Source of the DNA: Macrostomum lignano
Lineage: Eukaryota
Assembly: GCA_002269645.1 (NCBI GenBank)
Contig: NIVC01001199.1
Span: 62,001 to 126,000 of the forward strand
DNA: 64,000 bases
Direction: 5' to 3'
Shown here: piece by piece, positions 51,779 through 64,000 of the stretch
How positions within the stretch are numbered: the first letter of the stretch is position 1
Layout: each line of letters starts with the position of its first letter
Made by a program: the position numbers and the translations under genes
Notes under the pieces: model-generated
Databases searched by the model: none
What the model was told of the DNA's origin: nothing
What the model saw: the letters and a program-made list of their open reading frames with translations, nothing else

Positions 51779-52350
51779 CAGAGTTTTGTAAGAAAAGCGT
51801 TGCTAAAACTTCTGCTTCTCAAGCAATTATGGTTACTGCAGGACTTGAACATTGCACCATGTTGAATATATATTTCTAACGAATGCGCGAACGGATATAA
51901 ATTAGTAGTTGTAAGAAAAACTCTTTAATAAGAAATATACTAGCAGAAATGTGGAAGGCATACATACAATACGGCAATCCAGTTAAGCTTCGTTGATTGG
52001 CTGGCTAACTGATTGCGGAGGTGAGGTGGGTGTATGGAGGGTTTCTTTTCTTTCACTCCATACCCCCGGCCCACCTCACCTTCAAAATCTCTCAACCAGC
52101 CAATCACAGGTCGTGAAGCAGAGGGGGAGGGGATTTTTCCTTTTGAATAAAAAAATATCGCCACTAAAAATTCTCAGTAAAAATACGGTTTGTTAACTTG
52201 TAAATAATACAGATTATGGATGGAAAGACTGTGTAAAAAATCGCAAAAACCTATAAAATATTCTAGCATAAATATTCTAGCATAAAAATTGTTAATCAAA
52301 ACTTTTTAATGCTTGAAAAATTCTTCTCCATAGGTGGCCGAAAGAAAAAA

Positions 52351-53145
52351 TTACACGAAAAAGTCTTCGAAGACAGGTTCATATTCTTCTTCCTGACAAA
52401 CTGCGCAAACTTTGGACCTCGTGACCGGGTCTAGCTGTTTATATGCCTCTAGAGAAGTTATTTTATGCAAGTGGAATGTGAAACTGCAGGCGACAACTTC
52501 GCAAAAAATTAGAAACTCGACTTTATCAATACGCATTTCAATTGCCTGCCTCAAGTAGTACAGGAGGGACTCCAAGTCTTGCTTTAAAGATGGATGCTTG
52601 AGATCCTGATGAAAGCGCTGGCACTCGGACCGAATAAATTCAACCGCCTTCGCCAGTGGAGAGACCATCTGGTACTCCTTGAAGAAAGCCATTGCCGGCA
52701 TAACATTGCTGCTATTAAAAGCAACAGTCTCATTAGAAAACTCCGCAGAGAATGTAGACAGAAATTTAACTACAAAGCGAACTGTGGAAGCCAACTTGCC
52801 AGGCAATTCAATGCGATCTTCGGCCGCCTCTTTGAAGTTGGCACTCTTGTTGAGCATAGCTCGGAACACCGGAGAGTGTACGCATAGGACATAAGAGTTG
52901 GTTGCTATCTCAGTGTTTTTAGGAATGACTCTATCCGGAATAGGAGTACCATCAGCTATAGCATCATCATCATCATCCTCCATAAAATCAGACAAATTAT
53001 ACTCATAATCAACGAGCAGAACAACAGGTCCGCATGTCAGCTTAGCCATCTCCTCCTTGACTCTCTGTTCAGCATCCGAAACAGACTGGGGCGGTGAGAC
53101 ATTGCGCCACGCCCAATAAGGAAACTCGAACGGTGTTAAAGACAT
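52351..53145 (-). CDS. BTB/POZ-domain protein, intronless ORF, about 264 aa from the probable ATG at 53145
   Basis: VVLLV...NSYVLCVHSPVFRAML...FKEAAEDRIELPG...FVVKFL...NV...KEYQM...AVEFI fits the BTB consensus. The ORF track extends the start into the satellite at 53262, which is probably not coding. Confidence 0.75.
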   Translation of the reverse strand: MSLTPFEFPYWAWRNVSPPQSVSDAEQRVKEEMAKLTCGPVVLLVDYEYNLSDFMEDDDDDAIADGTPIPDRVIPKNTEIATNSYVLCVHSPVFRAMLNKSANFKEAAEDRIELPGKLASTVRFVVKFLSTFSAEFSNETVAFNSSNVMPAMAFFKEYQMVSPLAKAVEFIRSECQRFHQDLKHPSLKQDLESLLYYLRQAIEMRIDKVEFLIFCEVVACSFTFHLHKITSLEAYKQLDPVTRSKVCAVCQEEEYEPVFEDFFV

Positions 53146-53225
53146 CTTTTGCGGCGGCTGCGCGTTCAGATTAAATCCAGCGACAGAAGAAAAGTATATT
53201 TCAGTTTTAGATAATATAGAACACG

Positions 53226-54295
53226 GGGATTGAGACACCACTAAACTCCCATGCAGTCTCATATTAGGGATGAGACACCACTAAAATCCCATGCAGTCTC
53301 ATATTGGGGATGAGACACCGCTAAAATCCCAGTTTGATATTGGGGATAAAAACACCGCTAAAATCCCAGTTTGATATTGGGGATAAAAACACCGCTAAAA
53401 TCCCAGTTTGATATTGGGGATAAAAAACACCGCTAAAATCCCAGTTTGATATTGGGGATAAAAACACCGCTAAAATCCCAGTTTGATATTGGGGATAAAA
53501 ACACCGCTAAAATCCCAGTTTGATATTGGGGATAAAAAACACCGCTAAAATCCCAGTTTGATATTGGGGATAAAAACACCGCTAAAATCCCAGTTTGATA
53601 TTGGGGATAAAAACACCACTAAAATCCCAGTTTGATATTGGGGATAAAAACACCACTAAAATCCCAGTTTGATATTGGGGATAAAAACACCACTAAAATC
53701 CCAGTTTGATATTGGGGATAAAAACACCGCTAAAATCCCAGTTTGATATTGGGGATAAAAACACCACTAAAATCCCAGTTTGATATTGGGGATAAAAACA
53801 CCGCTAAAATCCCAGTTTGATATTGGGGATAAAAACACCACTAAAATCCCAGTTTGATATTGGGGATAAAAACACCGCTAAAATCCCAGTTTGATATTGG
53901 GGATAAAAACACCACTAAAATCCCAGTTTGATATTGGGGATAAAAACACCACTAAAATCCCAGTTTGATATTGGGGATAAAAACACCACTAAAATCCCAG
54001 TTTGATATTGGGGATAAAAACACCGCTAAAATCCCAGTTTGATATTGGGGATAAAAACACCACTAAAATCCCAGTTTGATATTGGGGATAAAAACACCGC
54101 TAAAATCCCAGTTTGATATTGGGGATAAAAACACCACTAAAATCCCAGTTTGATATTGGGGATAAAAACACCACTAAAATCCCAGTTTGATATTGGGGAT
54201 AAAAACACCACTAAAATCCCAGTTTGATATTGGGGATAAAAACACCGCTAAAATCCCAGTTTGATATTGGGGATAAAAACACCACTAAAATCCCA
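53226..54295 (-). repeat. Inverted copy of the 40-bp satellite (2-3 units, 53226-53330) grading into a derived 37-bp satellite (AGTTTGATATTGGGGATAAAAACACCGCTAAAATCCC)
   Basis: ATGCAGTCTCATATTGGGGATGAGACACCACTAAAATCCC is the exact reverse complement of the 47.7-50.4 kb unit. The 37-mer shares ATATTGGGGAT and ACACCRCTAAAATCCC. Confidence 0.95.
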
Positions 54296-54934
54296 ATTAA
54301 TGTGTCCGCGGAAACGAACCATGGGTCGCGACGCGGGAATCACTCCTTTACTACATATTAGCATGCAGTGAGCGATGAAAGCTCCAAAAAAGTAATACTA
54401 TTTACAAAGTACTTCGTGTCTTCTAATGTGACAGATTTGGTAACGAGGTCAGTTGAATTACCAAATAGCAGTATATTTGCTATATGGCTACTGCTAGTAT
54501 CATTCATGCACATATAAAATTACAAGCTATAAACTACACAGAAATAATATTAATAGTATATTTACAACGGAGCTAAGCTTAGTATAAATATATTTTAGCA
54601 TCAGTGCAAAGCAAAACAAAGCCACAGGAAAGCTGGCCAAATGCCAAATGCAGTAAAAACAATAGCTGATAAAATTGAGCACGGGAATGCAGTAAACTAA
54701 GCACAGTAATTAATTAAAAATAAAAAACTACTGTTTAAAAAACAGCAGTGGCTCTTGCACGCGAATGCAAATGCAAACGTTTAATAAATAATTACCGTTA
54801 AAAATACATGATGATCAATGCTTTATCACTAAGTATTTACAATATCTACAGTAATATTATACTCGTATTGTAGTAACAATGACTGTTCACATTTGAGAAT
54901 TACTTTGTAAGCTATAGGTAAAATGCACGAAAAG

Positions 54935-54935
54935 T

Positions 54936-54966
<31 letters not shown>

Positions 54967-54972
54967 GCAGGC

Positions 54973-55029
<57 letters not shown>

Positions 55030-55036
55030 GGCAGGC

Positions 55037-55067
<31 letters not shown>

Positions 55068-55078
55068 GACAGACAAAC

Positions 55079-55153
<75 letters not shown>

Positions 55154-55164
55154 CTAAGACAGGC

Positions 55165-55214
<50 letters not shown>

Positions 55215-55290
55215 GCAGGCAGAGAGACAGACAGACAGACAGACAGAGACAGACAAACAGAGACAGACAGACAGACAGAGACAGACAAAC

Positions 55291-55377
<87 letters not shown>

Positions 55378-55516
55378 CTAAGACAGGCAGACAGACAGAC
55401 AGACAGGCAGACAGACAGACAGACAGACACTAAGACAGGCAGACAGACAGACAGACAGGCAGACAGACAGACAGACAGACACTAGGACAGACAGGCAGGC
55501 AGGCAGACAGACACTA

Positions 55517-55565
<49 letters not shown>

Positions 55566-55780
55566 CTAAGACAGGCAGACAGACAGACAGACAGGCAGAC
55601 AGACAGACAGACAGACACTAGGACAGACAGGCAGGCAGGCAGACAGACAGACAGACAGACACTAGGACAGACAGGCAGGCAGGCAGACAGACACTAAGAC
55701 AGGCAGACAGACAGACAGACAGGCAGACAGACAGACAGACAGACACTAGGACAGACAGGCAGGCAGGCAGACAGACACTA

Positions 55781-55841
<61 letters not shown>

Positions 55842-55928
55842 CTAAGACAGGCAGACAGACAGACAGACAGGCAGACAGACAGACAGACAGACACTAGGAC
55901 AGACAGGCAGGCAGGCAGACAGACACTA

Positions 55929-55985
<57 letters not shown>

Positions 55986-56316
55986 CTAAGACAGGCAGAC
56001 AGACAGACAGACAGGCAGACAGACAGACAGACAGACACTAGGACAGACAGGCAGGCAGGCAGACAGACAGACAGACACTAGGACAGACAGGCAGGCAGGC
56101 AGACAGACAGACAGACAGACAGATAGACAGACAGACAGACAGACACTAAGACAGGCAGACAGACAGACAGACAGGCAGACAGACAGACAGACAGACACTA
56201 GGACAGACAGGCAGGCAGGCAGACAGACAGACAGACACTAGGACAGACAGGCAGGCAGGCAGACAGACAGACAGACAGACAGATAGACAGACAGACAGAC
56301 AGACACTAAGACAGGC

Positions 56317-56374
<58 letters not shown>

Positions 56375-56450
56375 GCAGGCAGAGAGACAGACAGACAGAC
56401 AGACAGAGACAGACAAACAGAGACAGACAGACAGACAGAGACAGACAAAC

Positions 56451-56545
<95 letters not shown>

Positions 56546-56556
56546 CTAAGACAGGC

Positions 56557-56610
<54 letters not shown>

Positions 56611-56686
56611 GCAGGCAGAGAGACAGACAGACAGACAGACAGAGACAGACAAACAGAGACAGACAGACAGACAGAGACAGACAAAC

Positions 56687-56761
<75 letters not shown>

Positions 56762-56900
56762 CTAAGACAGGCAGACAGACAGACAGACAGGCAGACAGAC
56801 AGACAGACAGACACTAAGACAGGCAGACAGACAGACAGACAGGCAGACAGACAGACAGACAGACACTAGGACAGACAGGCAGGCAGGCAGACAGACACTA

Positions 56901-56957
<57 letters not shown>

Positions 56958-57168
56958 CTAAGACAGGCAGACAGACAGACAGACAGGCAGACAGACAGAC
57001 AGACACTAGGACAGACAGGCAGGCAGGCAGACAGACAGACAGACAGACACTAGGACAGACAGGCAGGCAGGCAGACAGACACTAAGACAGGCAGACAGAC
57101 AGACAGACAGGCAGACAGACAGACAGACAGACACTAGGACAGACAGGCAGGCAGGCAGACAGACACTA

Positions 57169-57225
<57 letters not shown>

Positions 57226-57312
57226 CTAAGACAGGCAGACAGACAGACAGACAGGCAGACAGACAGACAGACAGACACTAGGACAGACAGGCAGGCAGGC
57301 AGACAGACACTA

Positions 57313-57365
<53 letters not shown>

Positions 57366-57621
57366 CTAAGACAGGCAGACAGACAGACAGACAGGCAGAC
57401 AGACAGACAGACAGACACTAGGACAGACAGGCAGGCAGGCAGACAGACAGACAGACACTAGGACAGACAGGCAGGCAGGCAGACAGACAGACAGACAGAC
57501 AGATAGACAGACAGACAGACAGACACTAAGACAGGCAGACAGACAGACAGACAGGCAGACAGACAGACAGACAGACACTAGGACAGACAGGCAGGCAGGC
57601 AGACAGACAGACAGACACTAG

Positions 57622-57670
<49 letters not shown>
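54935..57670. repeat. Complex (GACA)n microsatellite with GGCA/GAGA/CACTAA variants in higher-order blocks
   Basis: Read directly; the source of the SVCL/QTDR ORFs. Confidence 0.99.
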
Positions 57671-57854
57671 GCAAGATGAAATTGGAAGCTAATACGCAGC
57701 CATGACCCACAGAGACGCGCAGCTGTAAGCGCCCAGTCAGCAGGCCAGTAACAATAATAATATTAATAAAATGGAATAAAAAAATGCGACACAACAATGC
57801 AAAACAAGATTTACTAAGCCAGGCAACTATCATAAAAGCCAGTTAGGCCAGTGA

Positions 57855-60800
57855 CTAGTTGACTTCCCTCTGCAAGGTTCGTCTTGGCCGCGGCACAGGC
57901 CGGTGCAACTGAGACGGCGGCTCTTCCTTCTCGTCAACGCAGCCGCAGGCGTCACCAACGCCTTCATCGTGTACTGGAGCCACGGGCGACGCGGATGCAG
58001 ATGCAGCATAGGATGCTGAGACAAATGCGGCAGCTGAAGCAGTCGAGTTTGAGTCGGCGCATGAGGCGACTCCCAAACTGAAGTTGTTCTCCTTCTCGCT
58101 TGAGTCCACCTGGGGAGAGTTGATGCAGAAGATCATAAGTGTGCTCAAACTGGATTTGACAGTGTGCTCAATCTGGATCTGACAGTGTGCTCAATCTGGA
58201 TCTGACAGTGTGCTCAAACTGGATTTGACAGTGTGCTCAATCTGGATCTGACAGTGTGCTCAAACTGGATTTGACAGTGTGCTCAAACTGGATCTGACAG
58301 TGTGCTCAAAGTGGATTTGACAGTGTGCTCAAACCAAGCTTACAATACTCAAGTCGGTCAGAGGTGCCAGTCCCCGCAGTCGATCGTTAAGCAGTCTGGC
58401 GCGCGCCTCCCGCCTGGCTACCTCGGCCTCACGCTTGGCTAGCCGAGCCTCACGCTCGTCGGCGGCGGCGGCGCGGGCGTCCAGCTCTCGTTCGCGCGAC
58501 TTCAACAGCCGCCGAAGCCGGCCAAGGCTGTCAGCCAGCCGGCGCTGCTCGTCAGCCCAGCGGCGCAGGCTGGGCTCCGGCAGCTCATCGGGCGGCAGGC
58601 GGTCGCGAATTGAAGGCCGGTCGAGCAGCTGCTCAACGGAGATGCGTCTGTCTGGGTCCAGCTGCAGCAGGTCGGCGATGATGGAGCGGAGAGGCTGTGA
58701 GCGATGGAGGTGATGCGAAAAAATGTCATGTTGATGGAATATCATAGAACACAATGGGATATTTCAGAACAATAGTATAATTCAGGGTACAATGGGATAA
58801 TTCGAATTCGAATGATCAGGACACATAGGGATAATTTAGAACACAATGGGATAATTCAGGACACATAGGGATAATTTAGAACACAATGGGATAATTCAGG
58901 GTACAATGGGATAATTCAGGGTACAATGGGATAATTCAGGGTACAATGGGATAATTCAGGGTACAATGGGATAATTCAGGGTACAATGGGATAATTTAGG
59001 GTACAATGGGATAATTCAGGGTACAATGGGATAATTCAGAACAATAGTATAATTCAGGGTACAATGGGATAATTCAAGACACATAGGGATAATTTAGAAC
59101 ACAATGGGATAATTCAGGACACATAGGGATAATTTAGAACACAATGGGATAATTCAGGACACATAGGGATAATTTAGAACACAATGGGATAATTCAGGGT
59201 ACAATGGGATAATTCAGGGTACAATGGGATAATTCAGGGTACAATGGGATAATTCAGGGTACAATGGGATAATTTAGGGTACAATGGGATAATTCAGGGT
59301 ACAATGGGATAATTCAGGACACATAGGGATAATTTAGAACACAATGGGATAATTCAGGACACATAGGGATAATTTAGAACACAATGGGATAATTCAGGGT
59401 ACAATGGGATAATTCAGGGTACAATGGGATAATTCAGGGTACAATGGGATAATTCAGGGTACAATGGGATAACTCAGGGTACAATGGGATAATTTAGGGT
59501 ACAATGGGATAATTCAGGGTACAATGGGATAATTCAGAACAATAGTATAATTCAGGGTACAATGGGATAATTCAAGACACATAGGGATAATTTAGAACAC
59601 AATGGGATAATTCAGGACACATAGGGATAATTTAGAACACAATGGGATAATTCAGGACACATAGGGATAATTTAGAACACAATGGGATAATTCAGGGTAC
59701 AATGGGATAATTCAGGGTACAATGGGATAATTCAGGGTACAATGGGATAATTCAGGGTACAATGGGATAATTTAGGGTACAATGGGATAATTCAGGGTAC
59801 AATGGGATAATTCAGGACACATAGGGATAATTTAGAACACAATGGGATAATTCAGGACACATAGGGATAATTTAGAACACAATGGGATAATTCAAGACAC
59901 ATAGGGATAATTTAGAACACAATGGGATAATTCAGGACAAATAGGGATAATTTAGAACACAATGGGATAATTCAGGACACATAGGGATAATTTAGAACAC
60001 AATGGGATAATTCAGGGTACAAGGGGATAATTCAGGGTACAATGGGATAATTCAGGGTACAATGGGATAATCAAGGGTACAATGGGATAATCCAGGACGC
60101 AATGGGATAATTCAAAGTACAATGGATCTGGTCCCAGAATAAACAATAGGATCTTATAAGACAGCAGGAGCGCAGAGAAATAGTGGTAGCATTAACAAAT
60201 TTAAGTAGTAGACTAAAAATAAAGTGCAGACGGCTCTCACCTCTCCGTAAACATCTGGCAAGGGGCGATAGCTGCCAGATAAGATAGCCGCCACTAACTG
60301 GTCGTGAGTGGACCCATTAAATGGAGGCCTTAAACAGGCCAGCTCGTAAGCGACCACGCCAAGGGCCCACATGTCCGATTTTTCAGTGTAGCCGCACAGT
60401 TTCACCTGCGGGAGAGGCGGCAGGGTGAGTCTGGGTTTATTATTTTGTTTCTAAAAAGGTATAAAAGAGTAAATACGCGCTCGTAATACGGGAGAAATGT
60501 ACTTTTATAGCTCAAATAGAGCGTACATATTAAAATTTGGATACCCACAGGCACAAAGGGACACAAAGAAGAAACGCACTTTTACAGTACGGGAGAACTT
60601 ATAGGGTACAAGAGTACTTAACAGTACATAAGTACTTTACAGTGCAAAGGTTCTTTTAGGGTACATGAGTACTTTACAGTGCAAGAGTACTTTTAGGGTA
60701 CATGAGTACTTTACAGTGATGTTTTTAAAAGCGCAAACTAATCTTTGTCGGACAAAAGTACGTCTGATCTTAAGCATAGTTAGTACGAAAATTCCCCGTT

Positions 60801-61683
60801 TCACACCTGCTCCGGACTCATATAGTAGGGAGTGCCCAGGTAGGTGCTAGCAAAGCTGGCATCTCCGGCCAGTACTCTGGCGAGGCCGAAGTCGCCAAGT
60901 TTGATGCTTCGACCGGCATCTAGAAAACAATTGGCCGGCTTCAGGTCCCGGTGCAGCACCGCTTTGACACCTTGGCGACAGTGGCAGCAGCGTAGAGCCA
61001 GAGCGAGCTGCGAAAGCCAGCGAAGGATGTCATCTTCAGGGATGTACTTTCTGTGTAGGGAGGAAGGAGACAAATGTGACACTTGCTAAATGAATTTATT
61101 GCCCTGTGGAGCGCACTTAGAAAATCTAAATCACAGCTCACTTGTCTCTCCTATGCTGTTTAATAAGCGCAGCCAGATCGCCATTGGGGCAGTACTCCAT
61201 GATAATGTAGGCCCGCTTCGCCTCCCGATCAATTATATAGTTATAGCAGCGCACGATATTGCAGTGCCGCAGCTGGATTATCAGGTTAATCTCGGTCAGC
61301 AGCATCTGTTTCCTGACGTCGCACATGTCGCCAAAGTCGATCTCTTTCCAAGCAATACTGGCGCCGTCTCTTAAGCGGCGGACTTTTTTCACCACACCCG
61401 AGCTGCCCCGCCCGATCACTTCGACAACCTCGTAGTCGGCCAGGGCGCTGCCGTTGCCGCTGCCGACGCCGCCGCCGCCGCCGCTGCCTGACGCCGGGCC
61501 CTGCGAAGCATTAGAGCTGCGACTGCGTGTCGACGAAGAGTGTCGGCCCCCCATAGCGCCGCCCGAAGCTGAATGACCGCCGGTTGGGGCAGCGGCGGCG
61601 GGGGCTGCTGTCGAATCCTCATTGGTCTGTTGCTGACGCTCTTCAGCAGCAGTTGAGGTCAACTGAGGTGGCTGCTGCTGCGA
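57855..61683 (-). CDS. NEK2: NIMA-related kinase, NEK2-like; exons 61683-61142, 61050-60807, 60405-60241, 58694-58344, 58109-57855
   Basis: DYEVVEVIGRGSSG, IAWKEIDFGDM, EINL, NIVRCY..IIDR, IIMEYCPNGDLA, HRDLKPAN, KLGDFGLARVL..DASFASTYLGTPYYMSPEQ and EKSDMWALG...YELACLRPPF closely match NEK2, with a coiled coil after the kinase domain. All junctions are GT-AG with consistent phase. The start is either the internal ATG at 61554 or is supplied from upstream. Confidence 0.92.
58139..58332. repeat. 23-bp minisatellite (CAGTGTGCTCAAACTGGATTTGA) in the last NEK2 intron
   Basis: Period 23 (GTGCTCA at 58141 and 58164). Confidence 0.92.
58760..60125. repeat. 20-bp minisatellite (GGGATAATTCAGGGTACAAT and variants) with ~500-bp higher-order repeats, in a NEK2 intron
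   Basis: Read directly; the marker ACAATAGTAT recurs at 59041 and 59539. Confidence 0.96.
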
Positions 61684-61761
61684 CTGGAATAGTATAGAAA
61701 GTTCCGATTTATCAGATAGAATCTCAGCAATGAGAGCGCATGAGTAACTGAGGCGATCAGC

Positions 61762-62132
61762 AATGTGATCCTCATGTGACTGTGCAATGTGACCCTCATG
61801 TGACTGTGCAATGTGACCCTCATGTGACTGTGCAATGTGATCCTCATGTGACTGTGCAATGTGACCCTCGTGTTACTCTGCAATGTGACCCTCATGTGAC
61901 TGTGCAATGTGATCCTCATGTGACTGTGCAATGTGACCCTCATGTGACTGTGCAATGTGACCCTCATGTGACTGTGCAATGTGATCCTCATGTGACTGTG
62001 CAATGTGACCCTCATGTGACTGTGCAATGTGACCCTCATGTGACTGCAATGTGACCCTCATGTTACTCTGCAATGTGACCCTCATGTGACTGTGCAATGT
62101 GATCCTCAGGTGACTGTGGAATGTGACCCTCA
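61762..62132. repeat. 24-bp minisatellite (TGTGACCCTCATGTGACTGTGCAA) between the RARS2 3' end and NEK2
   Basis: About 15 copies. Confidence 0.95.
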
Positions 62133-62210
62133 CTTGTAAAAACCACAATCCAAAACAAAAAAGATTGAACACATTTTGTTAATAAAAAATACTGATCACT
62201 TGAATATATA

Positions 62211-62216
62211 TTTATT
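62211..62216 (-). terminator. Candidate polyadenylation signal (AATAAA) of RARS2
   Basis: TTTATT on the plus strand, 150 nt downstream of the RARS2 stop. Confidence 0.45.
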
Positions 62217-62365
62217 ATTCTACTATGATGGAAATGATTTCGGCAAACAATTTAGCTACAAAGACTAAAAATCAACAGATAAAACGGTCAATTAGAGACT
62301 ACTACCAACTGTCGAATGAGTAGTAAAACTAGCACATATAGGCAGAAATATGCAGAATAAAGGCA

Positions 62366-63816
62366 TCAAATGCTAAGCATCGGAGTCAAGCCAACCAGTC
62401 GCATAGCGGAGGCCAGCACCGACCGGGTCGAGTTAAACAGCGCCAATCGGCCAATCGCGCCGCTATCTTTGGCGCATGTCAGCACGGGTAGGACACGCAG
62501 ACAGGCATTTGCGCGCGACACCAATCTATTAGTGTAGGCCACTAATACGCATGGCTCGTACGTTAGAAAGGCTTCTAGAGCCGTGTCCGGATAGGCTAGC
62601 AATTGCTCGGCCAGTTCGTTAGCCGCTGTAGCAGCCTTGGGCCCAACTAAATTCAATGCCAGATCGATACTACTGCCATCGTCTGGGCTGCTGATACCGG
62701 CTTTGGCTGCTTTGCTGGCGAGGCTGCACAGCCTGCAAGGGTTTGGGGCTGGTTGCTTTTTTCTCTCACCAGAGGTCTTCAGGGGCTGATGCTACTGCTA
62801 TCCCTTGGGTCTTCAGGGCTGATCCTACTGCTATCCCCCGGGTCTTCAGGGGCTGATGCTACTGCTATCCCTTGGGTCTTCAGGGCTGATCCTACTGCTA
62901 TCCCCCGGGTCTTCAGGGGCTGATGCTACTGCTATCCCCCGGGTCTTCAGGGGCTGATGCTACTGCTATCCCTTGGGTCTTCAGGGGCTGATGCTACTGC
63001 TATCCCCCGGGTCTTCAGGGGCTGATGCTACTGCTATCCCCCGGGTCTTCAGGGCTGATCCTACTGCTATCCCCCGGGTCTTCAGGGGCTGATGCTACTG
63101 CTATCCCCCGGGTCTTCAGGGGCTGATGCTACTGCTATCCCCCGGGTCTTCAGGGGCTGATGCTACTGCTATCCCCCGGGTCTTCAGGGGCTGATGCTAC
63201 TGCTATCCCTTGGGTCTTCAGGGGCTGTTGTTACTGTCTGTTCACCGGGTCTTCAGGGGCTGATGCTACTGCTATCCCCCGGGTCTTCAGGGGCTGATGC
63301 TACTGCTATCCAATGGGTGTTCAGGGACCCTGCTACATATCTACCCGGCCCATGACCGTCAGGTAAGCTACTTCTGTTCTCTCAGTCATTTAATCGCACC
63401 TGGCATGGCAGTACTGAGCGCCAACAGCCGAATTATCGCTGTCCCAGCTGAACTTAACCGGCTGCAGCCGGCGCACTCGCATCATCTCCATGGCAACGAC
63501 GCTGGCGGCTAGCCTATCAGCAATCGATGAAGCGTCGGACCCGTCGATTCGTCGATTTGGCGACGCTTTCGATCTTTCGAGCATCCTGGCTTGGCCAACG
63601 TCGAGTATGTCGCGGAGCAGTACCACTCCGCCGGAGCCGCTCCGCCTGGTGCTCATGCCTTCCACTCGGCCGAATTCGACGTGCATCGGCCAGGGTGACG
63701 GATTGGCCAGGTCCGGACGGCCCAGGGCGGTCAGGGCGCGGCCAAGACGGTCAAAGTGCAGCCGCTGGGCCGATTCGACAACGTAGTGGGCGCGTCCACA
63801 GCCCAGATTGTCGGCT
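62366..63816 (-). CDS. RARS2: Mitochondrial arginyl-tRNA synthetase, 3' part; exons 63816-63400 and 62732-62366 (5' exons lie beyond the window)
   Basis: HVEFGRVEGMSTRR, KFSWD...AQYCHAR|LCSL and the DALR-domain end GRLALFNSTRSVLASAMRLVGLTPM match RARS2 (HVPFGVVQGMKTRRG, KFSWD...[35 protein letters not shown]). Splice phases match. Confidence 0.88.
62775..63310. repeat. 33-34-bp minisatellite (GGGGCTGATGCTACTGCTATCCCCCGGGTCTTCA) in the last RARS2 intron
   Basis: About 15 copies. Confidence 0.95.
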
Positions 63817-64000
63817 CTGCATTGGATAGAATAGATTTTCTAAGGCTATTGAAACTTTTCTAAGGCTTAGACTTTTCAAATACTCGTAGCTATTAAATAC
63901 GGGACGCTTCTAAATACGCTCGTTTTCTCTTATTCTCTTATTATTTCATCAGAATAGAAAAAGGAGCCGATAAGGTAGGGAGAGGGGAAGGAGACAGAGA

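Noticed and set aside
54912-57833. Many SVCL/QTDR ORFs
   Set aside because: Translations of the GACA microsatellite.

Overview
Eukaryotic (animal) genomic DNA, not prokaryotic: GC-rich exons with GT-AG introns, AT-rich intergenic DNA, and very dense mini- and microsatellites. The gene set and the style (an innexin, introns packed with 20-40 bp minisatellites, kb-long GATA and GACA arrays) suggest a flatworm such as Macrostomum; this is an inference, not a database match. Genes I could assemble exon by exon: the 3' part of single-minded (sim); VAP (VAPA/B); an ADAD/ADAR-like gene encoding a U1-type zinc finger, a dsRBD and a catalytically dead deaminase domain, with an in-frame TAG in exon 4; an intronless innexin; FHL2/Limpet with a 1-nt frameshift; a CHTOP-like RGG protein; an EGF-family membrane pro-ligand; a small PAN/apple-like ORF; a BTB protein; a NEK2-like kinase; and the 3' part of mitochondrial ArgRS (RARS2). 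Mobile DNA: a tRNA-headed CORE-like SINE, a decayed mariner transposase, a 638-bp Mutator/foldback-type element with a perfect 9-bp TSD, and MITE-like inverted repeats. Most notable: (1) the zinc-finger pseudo-ADAR with an amber codon at a conserved Gln position in an otherwise intact gene; (2) a candidate RARS2-NEK2 trans-spliced operon; (3) two genes bracketed by inverted arrays of the same satellite. Most long ORFs in the supplied track are artefacts of repeats. Repeat boundaries and copy numbers are approximate, and all homology calls are by-eye comparisons with recalled sequences.
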